DNA of 64,000 bases. It comes from an uncultured Chloroflexia bacterium. GTDB taxonomy: Bacteria > Chloroflexota > Limnocylindria > Limnocylindrales > CSP1-4. Position numbers and translations under genes: made by a program. Under the pieces are notes generated by a model, which ran no database searches, was not told the DNA's origin, and saw nothing but the letters and a program-made list of their open reading frames with translations. Each line of letters begins with the position of its first letter. The first letter of the stretch is position 1. The stretch spans positions 992,001 through 1,056,000 of the forward strand of contig CAVVJT010000010.1 of NCBI GenBank assembly GCA_963748625.1. The letters run 5' to 3'. Below are positions 1-11,268 of this stretch, piece after piece.

Positions 1-557
1 ACCTTGGACAGGAACGCTTCCTCGGCGGCGCCCGGCACGGCCATCACGACGAGGGCGAGATCCTCGCTGCCCGTGAGGGTGGGCTCACCGTTTGCGGCGC
101 GCCAGGCGAGCGTCAAGACCGGGTCGGCCGTGGAGCCGCCCCGGTAGGCGGTGTCCGGCTCCGGTAGCGCGGCCGGCACAAGGACGCGGGGGCGGTCGAC
201 GTCGCGTGCGTCTGCGAGCGGGATCGGCGTGCCGAAACCCAGGCCCATGCCGGCCGGAGGTACGGTGACACCTTCACCGAAGACGATATCGAGGCCCGGG
301 AGCCGGTAGCCGAGCGCGACGGCAGCACCGGCGACCAATACGAGCAGCACGACGGCGAGGGCGACGGCGCGGAGGACGGTCGCCCGGCGAGCTCTCGAGC
401 GGGCGCGTGCTGCCGCGTCGGCGTCCACCGCGGCTCCTGCCGTGATCCGGTCCACCACCCGGGCGCGCAGGTCGGGCGTGCGGGGCCATGTGGCGCTGGC
501 GGCGGCTTCGGCCAGGAGCAGGTCGAGGCGGTCGCGGGGGTCTTGCGACGCGTTCAT
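1..557 (-). CDS. Putative membrane-anchored anti-sigma factor (truncated by window edge)
   Basis: Manual translation from ATG at 557: MNASQDPRDRLDLLLAEAAASATWPRTPDLRARV...TVLRAVALAVVLLVLVAGAAVALG (one TM helix). Open to the window start. Its ATG overlaps the ECF sigma stop codon (ATGA). Confidence 0.6.
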   Translation of the reverse strand, partial: MNASQDPRDRLDLLLAEAAASATWPRTPDLRARVVDRITAGAAVDADAAARARSRARRATVLRAVALAVVLLVLVAGAAVALGYRLPGLDIVFGEGVTVPPAGMGLGFGTPIPLADARDVDRPRVLVPAALPEPDTAYRGGSTADPVLTLAWRAANGEPTLTGSEDLALVVMAVPGAAEEAFLSK

Positions 558-1161
558 GCCGGACCCTCCTGCCGCGCAGCCTGCTCGAGCGCAGCCCGCA
601 GACGGCCCAGGCCCCGGTGGAGTCGTGACTTCACCGTGCCTGCGGGGATGTCGAGCACTGCAGCCGTCTCCGCCTCGGACAGGTCGAGCAGGTAGCGACA
701 GGCAACGACCGTCGCGCTCGCCGTGGGCGAGGGTGGCCAGCGCCGCACGCACCTCGGATCGCGCCTCGGCCAGGATCACGGCAAGGTCCGGTCCGTCGTC
801 GTGGTCCCGGCCCAGCACGGCGAACGCCCTCCCGATCATGCCCTCGCGCCGGGTCCGGCTGCGCCGCCTGTTTCGCGCCTCGTTGCCAACGATCGCAAGC
901 AGCCACGGCCGGAACGGCGCATCGTCACGGAAGCGGACCATTGCCGACCAGGCCCGTACAAAACCCTCCTGCGTCAGCCTCCTCGGCGTCGGCAGGATCG
1001 CCCGCGAGCAGGCAGGCGACGCGGAACGCAGCCTGCTGGTGCATCGTCACGAGTTCTCCGAACGCCCCGGTGTCACCGTCCCGCGCGCGCCCGACCAGGA
1101 CCGCCTCGCGGGGGTCACCGGGCGGACGGGGATCCGGGCCGGCGCGGGCGTCGTCGGGCAC
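554..1161 (-). CDS. ECF (sigma-70 group 4) RNA polymerase sigma factor, with two apparent single-base frameshifts
   Basis: Region 2 spans GDTGAFGELVTMHQQAAFRVACLLAGDPADAEEA and, after a shift near 975, TQEGFVRAW...FRPWLLAIVGNEARN. Region 4 (VVACRYLLDLSEAETAAVLDIPAGTVKSRLHRGL) follows a shift near 712. Confidence 0.85.
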
Positions 1162-1167
1162 GCGCCG

Positions 1168-1881
1168 TCAGGCCCCCTCGGCCGACCGGCGCCCGACGCG
1201 CAGCCGCACCGCCACGACCACCACGACGCCCAGTACGACGAGGACCAGGGCGGGCGGCCACCAGGTCGCGCCATCGGTCCCATCAACCGCCGGAGCAGGC
1301 GCGGCCGCCGCCGGAGCCGGCGCGGCCTCCGATGCCGCCGACGCAGGCTCGACCGGAGCCGGTGCCGCTGATGCCGCCGGCACCTTGGCAACCGCGGTCG
1401 CGCGTGGCAACGGTGTCAGACCGGGCGTCGGCGCAGGCGCCACCTGGGCCGACCGGGGCGAGATCCCGCCGAACGTGAACGGGTCCTCGAGCAGGAGGAT
1501 GTCGATGTCGGAGGTACCACGGAGCACCACTCGCAGCCCGCGGACCCCGGAGTCCGGAACGGTCGCCCGGGCCACGTAGTGCCCAATTCGGTCCTGGACA
1601 CTCCAGGCCTCGGTGGTCTCGCCGTCGCGGCCGCTGAGGATCAGCACGATCGGCGAGCCCTCGACAGGGTACTCCCCGTCCTCGGTGAGCACGTCGACGG
1701 TCAGCCCGACGAGCAGCTCCGCGCCGGGCGGCGAGGCGAGCGCGATGGGCGCGTCGAGGACGGCGCTCATGCTCTCCTTCGCGGATGCGACGCCCGCGAT
1801 CACGGACAGGAGCAGGGTCGCAAGGGCGATGGCGGCGAGCGCGGGGCCGGCGAGGCGGCGTGGGGACTGCAGGGGGCGCAT
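1168..1881 (-). CDS. Secreted protein with C-terminal membrane anchor (hypothetical)
   Basis: 3' part of ORF 1168..2694. GGAGA RBS precedes ATG 1881. Signal peptide MRPLQSPRRLAGPALAAIALATLLLSVIAGVASA, a Pro/Ala linker, and a C-terminal hydrophobic helix followed by basic residues. Confidence 0.65.
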   Translation of the reverse strand: MRPLQSPRRLAGPALAAIALATLLLSVIAGVASAKESMSAVLDAPIALASPPGAELLVGLTVDVLTEDGEYPVEGSPIVLILSGRDGETTEAWSVQDRIGHYVARATVPDSGVRGLRVVLRGTSDIDILLLEDPFTFGGISPRSAQVAPAPTPGLTPLPRATAVAKVPAASAAPAPVEPASAASEAAPAPAAAAPAPAVDGTDGATWWPPALVLVVLGVVVVVAVRLRVGRRSAEGA

Positions 1882-2215
1882 CGACGTGTCTCCGGTAGGT
1901 GCTGGTGCCTCTTGTACACCGCCCGCGCCGTTCGCGTTCCCGCGGACCCGCCAGTCCCGTTCCCGCCACGCCGATCCCGCTCCCGGCCACGCCGACTGGT
2001 ACGCAACGAAACCCCGCAAACCCGCCGCAGCGGGGCCGCAATCCCGGCTTCCGTTGCCTCCATGTCCACACCCGCCCGCAAAGGCGCCGATAAGCGGGGC
2101 ATAAGGCCCCGCCAAGCGGGAACCTGTTGACTCAGGCGCAGCACGCCGTCCCCAGTGGTCAGCACGCCGTCCCGAGCGGACAGGCGGGTCAGCAGAAGAG
2201 CAGCAGGGTGTGACC

Positions 2216-2974
2216 ATGGGTGAGACGGACCTGGAGCGGGCGATCCGAGAGCAGCAGTGGGCGAAGCGGTCAGCGGTGGGCAGCGAGCTGCGGCGCGTCC
2301 TCGATGACGAGGGCATCTCCATGCGAGCGCTGGCGGCAGCAATCGGGATCGATGTCAGCCATCTCTCGCGGGTCGTCGCCGGCAACGCCGCGCTCAGCCA
2401 GGACTCGCTGGTCGCCGTCGCGACCGCACTCGGGTACGCCGCCTCGATCAAGCTCTTCCCGACCGACGGCCCCCGGATCCGCGACCACCGGCAGGCACGC
2501 ATGCTCGAGGTGGTGATCGCGCGCCTCCATGCCCGCTGGCTCGCCCGGCTGGAGGTGCCGGTCTGGCGTCCCGTGCGCGGGGTCATCGACCTGCTGCTCC
2601 GGGACCGGTTCACCGGCGACCTCGTCGCGGGCGAGGGCCACAGCCTGCTTGCCACGGTGGAGGCGCAGATCCGCCACGCCCACGAGAAGGCCAACGCCCT
2701 TCCGTCGGCGACGGGCTGGCCATGGTCCGATCGCCTCGACGAGCCGCGGGTCAGCCGCCTCCTCGTCCTGCGCTCGGTGCCCGGGAACCACGATCTGGTG
2801 AACGCGCTGCCGGCGACGTTCGCGTCTGCCTACCCTGGCGACACCCGCCAGGCTGTCGCCGCCCTGCGCAACGCGACAACGCCGTTCCCGGACGGGGCGA
2901 TCGTCTGGGTGCACGTCGACGGGACGCGGACGCGGCTGCTCGACGGCCTGCCGCGCGGCGTGGGGCAGTGGTAG
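2216..2974 (+). CDS. XRE-family HTH fused to a PD-(D/E)xK restriction-endonuclease-like domain (copy 1)
   Basis: N-terminal HTH GISMRALAAAIGIDVSHLSRVVAG. C-terminal motif E(VPV)...GVIDLLL...LVAGEGHS. Paralog at 34768. Confidence 0.75.
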   Translation: MGETDLERAIREQQWAKRSAVGSELRRVLDDEGISMRALAAAIGIDVSHLSRVVAGNAALSQDSLVAVATALGYAASIKLFPTDGPRIRDHRQARMLEVVIARLHARWLARLEVPVWRPVRGVIDLLLRDRFTGDLVAGEGHSLLATVEAQIRHAHEKANALPSATGWPWSDRLDEPRVSRLLVLRSVPGNHDLVNALPATFASAYPGDTRQAVAALRNATTPFPDGAIVWVHVDGTRTRLLDGLPRGVGQW

Positions 2975-2980
2975 ACAGCC

Positions 2981-3057
2981 GGCCCGTGGCACCGGCGCCG
3001 GCCCTCACGGCCTGGAGCGGCCGGCCCTCGGCCCGTGGCGCCGGCGCCGGCCCTCAC
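2981..3057. repeat. 28-bp direct repeat x2 downstream of the HTH-nuclease gene
   Basis: ggcccgtggc(a/g)ccggcgccggccctcac at 2981-3008 and 3030-3057. Confidence 0.8.
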
Positions 3058-3233
3058 CGCTTATGGCGTGGAAGTCAACGAATCCGCGCAACGGAGCCCG
3101 TTGGGCCGCCGGCGCCGTTGCCGTGAGGACGACCGTCCTGCTGACCGCGGGTGACGTGGACCAGGCAGCTCAGCGCAAGGGCACCTACCGGGCGCCCGGC
3201 CGGTAGCCGAGGCCACCTGCAGGGCGCCGTCCG

Positions 3234-3298
3234 GGAAGCCACCGGACGACCCCGAGGCCACCGGGCTCGGGGCCAGGAAGCCACCGGACGACCCCGAG
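3234..3298. repeat. 23-bp direct repeat x2
   Basis: ggaagccaccggacgaccccgag at 3234-3256 and 3276-3298. Confidence 0.8.
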
Positions 3299-3328
3299 CC
3301 CGCCACCAGGCGGCGCGCAAGATCCGCC

Positions 3329-4930
3329 TTACGGCGTGCCCAAAGCCTGGGTTGACGCGCGCTCGTCGCGCAGTTCGTAGACCGTCTCGAGCGGGTTGCC
3401 GCGCGCAATCCCGAACCAGGCGACCGCCGAGCCGACCACGGCCACGAGGCCGCCGGCCAGCATCGCGACCCGCAGGCCATCGAGGTAGAACAGCGCGTAG
3501 GTACGCAGGTCGGTGGTCGCGACCGACCCCACCACCGATGTCCATGACGCCGTCCCGAGCGCCACCAGGAGGTCCCGGAACTGCGTGACCTCCGTGTCGA
3601 CGACAGCGGCAGGCTGGCCGGCGAGCGATCCGGTGAGCGCGAAGACCGAGACCTGCGTGACCAGCGCCGTGGCGACCACGATCCCGATCCTGGTGCCCAC
3701 CTCGATCGACGCCTCGTTGAGGGCGCCTGCGGTCGCGGGCAGGCCCCGCGGGACCGCGGCGAAGATGATCGCCGTCCTCACCGTGGTCGCCACCACGAAC
3801 CCGCCGCCCACCAGGAAGAGCGGCAGGATGAACAGCAGGTAGAGGCGGTCCGGGCCGATCAGCAGCGCCAGGACGAGGTCGCCGAGGCCGATCACCAGCA
3901 TGCCGCCGGCCACAAGGACCCGTGGCTGGAAGCGGGTCAGCAGGTAGCCGGCGATCGGCCCGACCAGGATCAGCGACAGGAACAGGGGCACCAGCCCGAG
4001 CACGCCGAATGTGGGCCCGAACTTGAGCACGACCCCGAAGTACATCGGCAGCTGCGACATCGGCACGATCTGGGCCATGGCGATCACGAGGCCCACGAAC
4101 AGGGCGATCGTCACCGGGCGCCGGCTGATCGCCACATCCTTCACCTGGTCCATGCGACGGCGCCGTTCCCAGGCGAAGAACGCGATCACCACGACGATCC
4201 CGGAGCCGATGAGCGCCAGCCGGAGCGGGTTCTCCCAGCCCGCGCCCAGCCACAGCAGGCCGCTCGCGATCAGCACCACGCCCGCCGCCCAGAGCGCCGT
4301 GCCCAGCACGTACGGGCGCTCGGCGCGCGTCGCACGCTCGAGATCGCCCATCCGCCGCCGCAGCACCAGGAGCGCGAGCGCGCAGCCCGCCATGGAACCG
4401 ATGAACGCCGGGACGAACGTGCCGGGGATCAGCGAGACGAGGACCGGCGAGAGTCCCTGACCGATGCCGTATCCCGCGTAGGCGATGCCGATGGCCGTCG
4501 CGCGCGCCACCCCGGTGTACGAGGTCGCGGCGATGGCGAGCGCGCATGGCATCACGAAGGCAGCCGAGGCGATGCCGAGGAACCGGACAACCATGAAGGG
4601 GAGGCCGGTGCCCTCGAGGAGGAGCGCGAGGAACGCGGCCGCGAAGGACACGATGAGCCCCCCGGCGATGATCGGCCGTGCCCGCGTGGTGTCGCCGATC
4701 GCCCCGCCAATGAGCAGCAGGATCGCCGTGGTCACCGAGACCAGGATGACCTGGCCCTCGATGTCGGGCTGGGCCCGAATGGCCGCCTGCGTCGTCATGG
4801 CGGTCGGCGCCAGGATCTTGGGGTCAAGGCCGGCCGCCAGCAGGGCCACGGTTGCCGCGAGCAGGGCGTTGCGTGCCCGCTTGTCGGCGACGAGGTCCGC
4901 GAGGAACGGGGGAAGCGAGCGGCTGGCCAT
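3329..4930 (-). CDS. MFS transporter (DHA2/EmrB-like, about 14 TM)
   Basis: Many hydrophobic helices and MFS motif A-like GGAIGDTTRARP. ATG 4930 is preceded by a TAGCAT -10-like box. Confidence 0.8.
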   Translation of the reverse strand: MASRSLPPFLADLVADKRARNALLAATVALLAAGLDPKILAPTAMTTQAAIRAQPDIEGQVILVSVTTAILLLIGGAIGDTTRARPIIAGGLIVSFAAAFLALLLEGTGLPFMVVRFLGIASAAFVMPCALAIAATSYTGVARATAIGIAYAGYGIGQGLSPVLVSLIPGTFVPAFIGSMAGCALALLVLRRRMGDLERATRAERPYVLGTALWAAGVVLIASGLLWLGAGWENPLRLALIGSGIVVVIAFFAWERRRRMDQVKDVAISRRPVTIALFVGLVIAMAQIVPMSQLPMYFGVVLKFGPTFGVLGLVPLFLSLILVGPIAGYLLTRFQPRVLVAGGMLVIGLGDLVLALLIGPDRLYLLFILPLFLVGGGFVVATTVRTAIIFAAVPRGLPATAGALNEASIEVGTRIGIVVATALVTQVSVFALTGSLAGQPAAVVDTEVTQFRDLLVALGTASWTSVVGSVATTDLRTYALFYLDGLRVAMLAGGLVAVVGSAVAWFGIARGNPLETVYELRDERASTQALGTP

Positions 4931-5043
4931 CGCGCGGATGCTAGCAGGGCGCCGTGCCCGGCCGGACCCCACCCCAGTTGGACGGGGCGGCCGGCCCTCC
5001 TGCAGACCACCCCGCAGGTCAGGGTTCGAGGTTCAGCGGGACC

Positions 5044-7015
<1,972 letters not shown>

Positions 7016-7103
7016 TCACATTACCGAAGATCGTTCGCCGCGTGACCGTCAACGATCGAGGCGTCTTCTGTCTTCGCACCCTGCGTCGCGGAGGGCCCGG
7101 GAC

Positions 7104-7139
7104 AAGGAAAGGGCCGGGACCGACATGCGGCCCCGGCCC
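7104..7139 (-). terminator. Probable intrinsic terminator of the S1C protease gene
   Basis: Minus strand gggccggggccg-catgt-cggtcccggccc followed by tttccttg, just after the stop at 7153. Confidence 0.6.
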
Positions 7140-7152
7140 GAGAAGGAACCGG

Positions 7153-8049
7153 CTACCCGGCGGCGCCGGCCTCCGTGGGCGCAGCAACCGTGACCGTGCG
7201 CTCCTCGGCGCCGCGCACCAGGGTCACCTCGAGCGGCAACCCGGCCTCGCGCAGCGCATCGTGGAGGTCATCCACGTCCGCGATCGCACGTCCGCCGGCG
7301 GCGACCAGGAGGTCACCCTCGGCGATGCCCGCGGCCTCGGCGGGCGATCCGGTCTCCACCCCCCGGACCAGGACGCCGTCACGGTCGGGAAGCCCGACGG
7401 AACGGCGCAGGCGGCGGGCGACATGCGCCGGCGCCACCGCGATGCCCAGTTGCGGCCGCTCACGGGTCTCGCCACGCGCCAGCGCATCAACACGCGACCG
7501 CAACGCCTCGTCGGCCGGGAGCGCGAGGTAGAACCCCTCACCCACGCGGTTGGTGTTGAGGCCGACCAGGGCGCCCGCGGTGTCGAGCAGCGGGGATCCG
7601 GATGAGCCGGGCGCCAGCGGAGCGGTGTGCTCCAGGGACCCGGAGATCAGCCTGCCGCCCGGGCCGCGGAAGGCACGCTCCACGGACGAGACGAAGCCGA
7701 ACGACACCCGGGTGCCGCCGGACGGCAGGGCCGCGGCGGAGAACACAGCGGACCCGATGGTCGCGCCGGCGGTGGACCAGGCGATGGCCGGCGTGGGGCC
7801 GGTCTCGACCTCGACCACGGCGATGTCCCCGTCCCAGTCGACGGCCTTGACGGTGCCGCGGGTCACGCGGCCGTCCGGGAAACGGACGGTCACTTCACCG
7901 CCGCGGAGGTTGTGGGCGTTGGTGAGCACGCGATCGGTGGCGATGACCACGCCGGAGCCGCGAAGACGGGAGCCGATACCGACGACGGACGGACCGACGG
8001 CGCCTGCGACGGCGGCGACGGCTTCCTGGAGCTCGGTGAGAACGGACAC
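7153..8049 (-). CDS. Trypsin-like S1C serine protease with PDZ domain (HtrA-like, no signal peptide)
   Basis: Catalytic motifs LTNAHN, GDIAV and PGSSGSPL. PDZ segment GSPAEAAGIAEGDLL. Confidence 0.85.
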   Translation of the reverse strand: MSVLTELQEAVAAVAGAVGPSVVGIGSRLRGSGVVIATDRVLTNAHNLRGGEVTVRFPDGRVTRGTVKAVDWDGDIAVVEVETGPTPAIAWSTAGATIGSAVFSAAALPSGGTRVSFGFVSSVERAFRGPGGRLISGSLEHTAPLAPGSSGSPLLDTAGALVGLNTNRVGEGFYLALPADEALRSRVDALARGETRERPQLGIAVAPAHVARRLRRSVGLPDRDGVLVRGVETGSPAEAAGIAEGDLLVAAGGRAIADVDDLHDALREAGLPLEVTLVRGAEERTVTVAAPTEAGAAG

Positions 8050-8115
8050 GGGGATGGGATACCTCTGCGCGATGCCGGCGACACGAGACACAGGTGTCGG
8101 ACCGGCTGGGTTGTT

Positions 8116-8159
8116 ACTTGCGATTTGCAATCTACTATCCTCACCGCCACAGCGCAAGT
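8116..8159. promoter_or_regulatory. Candidate HxlR-type operator in the divergent promoter
   Basis: TTGC-N5-GCAA at 8118-8130, plus the inverted pair ACTTGCG (8116-8122) and CGCAAGT (8153-8159). Confidence 0.35.
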
Positions 8160-8179
8160 CCTTCGCCTACCATGCGCAC

Positions 8180-8617
8180 ATGACCTCCTCGCCCGATCCC
8201 GCCGCACCGCCCACCGCCCTCGGCACGGCGCTGGATCGCGTCGGCGACCGCTGGAGCCTGCTCCTGGTAGAGGCGATGCTCCCCGGCTCCCGCCGCTTCG
8301 GCGAGCTGGGCGAGGCGCTGCCGGGCATCGCGCCGAACATCCTGGCCGACCGTCTGCGCAGGCTGGAGCGCTCCGGCATCCTGGTGGCGACGCCCTACTC
8401 GAAACGCCCCCTGCGCATGGAGTACGCGCTCACCGCCGACGGACGCGAGCTGGCCGGCGCCCTGCGCCTCCTCGCCGACTGGGGCTCGAAGCGCGGCGGC
8501 ACGGGCGAACCGCTCCGCCACGAGGTCTGCGGGACACCGCTCCAGGCCCGCTGGCACTGCCCCACGTGCGAACGCCTGGTCGAGGATGACGAGCCGGACG
8601 AGCTGACCCGACTGTAG
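8180..8617 (+). CDS. HxlR/DUF24 winged-helix transcriptional regulator
   Basis: ALDRVGDRWSLLLV...RRFGEL...LADRLRRLE...EYALT..G, with a C-terminal HxxCG...CxxC motif. Confidence 0.9.
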   Translation: MTSSPDPAAPPTALGTALDRVGDRWSLLLVEAMLPGSRRFGELGEALPGIAPNILADRLRRLERSGILVATPYSKRPLRMEYALTADGRELAGALRLLADWGSKRGGTGEPLRHEVCGTPLQARWHCPTCERLVEDDEPDELTRL

Positions 8618-8723
8618 GCACGGGCGACCGCACCCACGGCCGCAAGCCACTTTCGAGGTCCACGGCTACACTCGCGACGAGGGGCGGCCACTTGGCCAAC
8701 CTCCCCCACCTGTCGGAGGTCGC

Positions 8724-11126
8724 GTGCGCGTGCCGCTCCCCGGAGGGGTCCGGTGGCGCAAGGTCTGGCGTGACCTCCTCGAGCACCGGATCCGATCCGT
8801 GCTCGTCGTCCTGTCCATCGCTGTCGGCGTGATGGCGGTGGGCACGATCGCGGGCGCGAACGCCCTCCTGTCCCAGAACCTCGCCGCGGGCTTCGCGGCC
8901 ACCAAGCCCGCGTCGGCCAGCATCTTCACGACCGTCCCCTTCGACCAGGACCTCGTGGACATCGTCCGGCGCATGCCCGACGTCGCCGAGGCCCAGGGCC
9001 GCCGTTCCGCCACGGCTCGCATGGAGCTCGCCAGCGGGGACACCGTCGCGATCGCGCTGACGGCGCTCCCGGACTTCGCCGAGCAGCCGATGGACCTCGT
9101 CACGTCGGAGTCGGGCACGTGGCCACCGGCGCGTGGTGAGGTCGTCTTCGAGCGCTCGACATCGCTCCTGGTCCCGGACCTCGTGGAGGGCCAGCCGATC
9201 ACGATCCAGATCGGCCCGAACAAGACGAAGACCTTGACGGCCGGCGGCTTCGCGAGCGAGCCCGGTGCTGCGCCTGCCTACATGTTCGGCCAGGCCATCG
9301 GCTACGTCACGTTCGACACCCTCGAGGACCTGGGCTTCGACGACTCCTTCGACGAGCTCCGGATCCTGGTGGCCGACCCAGACGGCACGCGGGATCGCAA
9401 CCGGGCGGTGGCAACGGAAGTCAAGGAGCGCCTCGAGAAGGCGGGCGCCCCTGTCGCATTCATGCAGATCTCGACGCCGGGCGAGCACCCCGCGCAAGAT
9501 CTGCTGAATGCAGTGTTCATGATCCTGGGCGCGATCGGCCTCCTGAGCCTGGCCATCTCCGGGTTCCTGGTGATCAACACGATCTCGGCGATCCTGGGCC
9601 AGCAGACGCGCCAGATCGGGATCATGAAGGCGGTGGGCGCGCGCGACGGACAGATTGCCGCGATCTACTTCGGCATCGTGCTGGGCTATGCGCTCATCGC
9701 GCTGGCGGTGGCGCTGCCGGGCGGCGCGTTCGGGGCATGGGCGCTGACCAGCTTCACGGCAGGCCTGCTGAACTTCGAGGCCACGACGTTCTTCGTGGAG
9801 CCCGGGGTGATCGCGCTCGAGATCATGATCGGGCTGCTGGTGCCGATGCTGGCCGCGGCGTGGCCGGTGTACCGCGGCGTCCGGGTGACCGTGCGGGAGG
9901 CGATCTCGTCGGCCGGCATCTCGGACGGGTTCGGGCGCTCGCGTTTCGACCGCGCGCTGCAGCGGATCCGGGGCGTGTCCCGCCCGACCCTGCTGTCGAT
10001 CCGGAACACCTTCCGGCGCAAGTCCCGCCTGGCGCTGACGCTGCTCGCGCTGATGCTGGGCGGCGCCGTGTTCATGTCCGTGTTCACGCTGCGCGCGTCG
10101 CTGGTCGCGACCCTCGACGACACGCTGCGCTACTTCAACTACGACGCGCAGGTCCAGCTCACGCAGCCCGCCCGGACGAACATCCTGGTGCAGACGGCCG
10201 AGCAGGTGCCGGGCGTCGCCGCGGCCGAGCCCTGGACCATCGCGCAGGCGCAGCGGGTGCGCCCGGACGACACGACCGGCGGCAACCAGATCGTGTTCGG
10301 CCTGCCCGATGGCGCAAGCACCGTCAGCCCCGTGCTGGAGGAGGGCAGGTTCCTGGTCCCGGGCGACGGCAACGCGCTGGTGGTGACGCGCAACTTCCTC
10401 GATGACGAGCCCGACGTGAAGATCGGCGACCGGATCACGATGCGGACCGGGCCCCGCGAGGCGGAGTTCACGCTGGTGGGCATCGTCCAGTCGCCGACCC
10501 AGCGACCGTTCCTGTACGCGCCGTCGTCCGCGCTGGACACGCTCACGCGCGACGCCGGCAAGTCACAACTGCTGATGATCGTGACCGAGCAGGGCGACCC
10601 GGCGTCGCAGCGGACGGTGGGCGACGCGGTCCGGGACACGCTCGACGCGGCCGGCATGGAGGTGGCGCAGGTCCAGACGCTGTCCGAGATCCGGGCGACG
10701 GTGGACTCGCTGTACGCGGTGATGCTGCTGTTCGTCTCCGTGATGGCACTGCTGCTGGGCTTCGTGGGTGCCCTTGGCCTGGCCGGGACGATGACGATGA
10801 ACGTGGTGGAGCGCTCGCGCGAGATCGGCGTGATGCGCGCGATCGGGGCACGGGACCGCTCGGTACTGGGCGTGTTCATGACCGAGGGGCTGCTGATCGG
10901 GGCGCTCGCCTGGGGGGTGGGGGTCCTCGTGATGCTGCCGATCTCGAAGGTCCTGTCCGATGCGCTCGGGAACGCGTTCCTCGACAAGCCGCTGGCCTAC
11001 ACGCCGGCCATCGACGGGGTCGTCTACTGGTTCGTGATCGTGGCGATCCTGTCGCTCGTGGCGAGCTTCCTGCCCGCGTTCCGGGCGACGCGGCTCGCGG
11101 TGCGCGAGGTGCTGGCGTACGAATGA
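8724..11126 (+). CDS. ABC transporter permease, double FtsX/MacB domain
   Basis: 800 aa with two repeats of the EIGxMKA(V/I)GA motif (QIGIMKAVGA, EIGVMRAIGA) and large extracytoplasmic loops. Confidence 0.9.
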   Translation: MRVPLPGGVRWRKVWRDLLEHRIRSVLVVLSIAVGVMAVGTIAGANALLSQNLAAGFAATKPASASIFTTVPFDQDLVDIVRRMPDVAEAQGRRSATARMELASGDTVAIALTALPDFAEQPMDLVTSESGTWPPARGEVVFERSTSLLVPDLVEGQPITIQIGPNKTKTLTAGGFASEPGAAPAYMFGQAIGYVTFDTLEDLGFDDSFDELRILVADPDGTRDRNRAVATEVKERLEKAGAPVAFMQISTPGEHPAQDLLNAVFMILGAIGLLSLAISGFLVINTISAILGQQTRQIGIMKAVGARDGQIAAIYFGIVLGYALIALAVALPGGAFGAWALTSFTAGLLNFEATTFFVEPGVIALEIMIGLLVPMLAAAWPVYRGVRVTVREAISSAGISDGFGRSRFDRALQRIRGVSRPTLLSIRNTFRRKSRLALTLLALMLGGAVFMSVFTLRASLVATLDDTLRYFNYDAQVQLTQPARTNILVQTAEQVPGVAAAEPWTIAQAQRVRPDDTTGGNQIVFGLPDGASTVSPVLEEGRFLVPGDGNALVVTRNFLDDEPDVKIGDRITMRTGPREAEFTLVGIVQSPTQRPFLYAPSSALDTLTRDAGKSQLLMIVTEQGDPASQRTVGDAVRDTLDAAGMEVAQVQTLSEIRATVDSLYAVMLLFVSVMALLLGFVGALGLAGTMTMNVVERSREIGVMRAIGARDRSVLGVFMTEGLLIGALAWGVGVLVMLPISKVLSDALGNAFLDKPLAYTPAIDGVVYWFVIVAILSLVASFLPAFRATRLAVREVLAYE

Positions 11127-11268
11127 GCGCTCCTGACCCCGCCCGTCGCGCCCGTCGCGCCCGTCGCGGCGCCCTTCCGACTCCCCTGCCCCGCCGCGTT
11201 CGGCTCGCCCCGTCCTGTCGGTGCCACTCCGGGCATCATGCTTCCGTCACACCCATGAGGCTTCGCGC

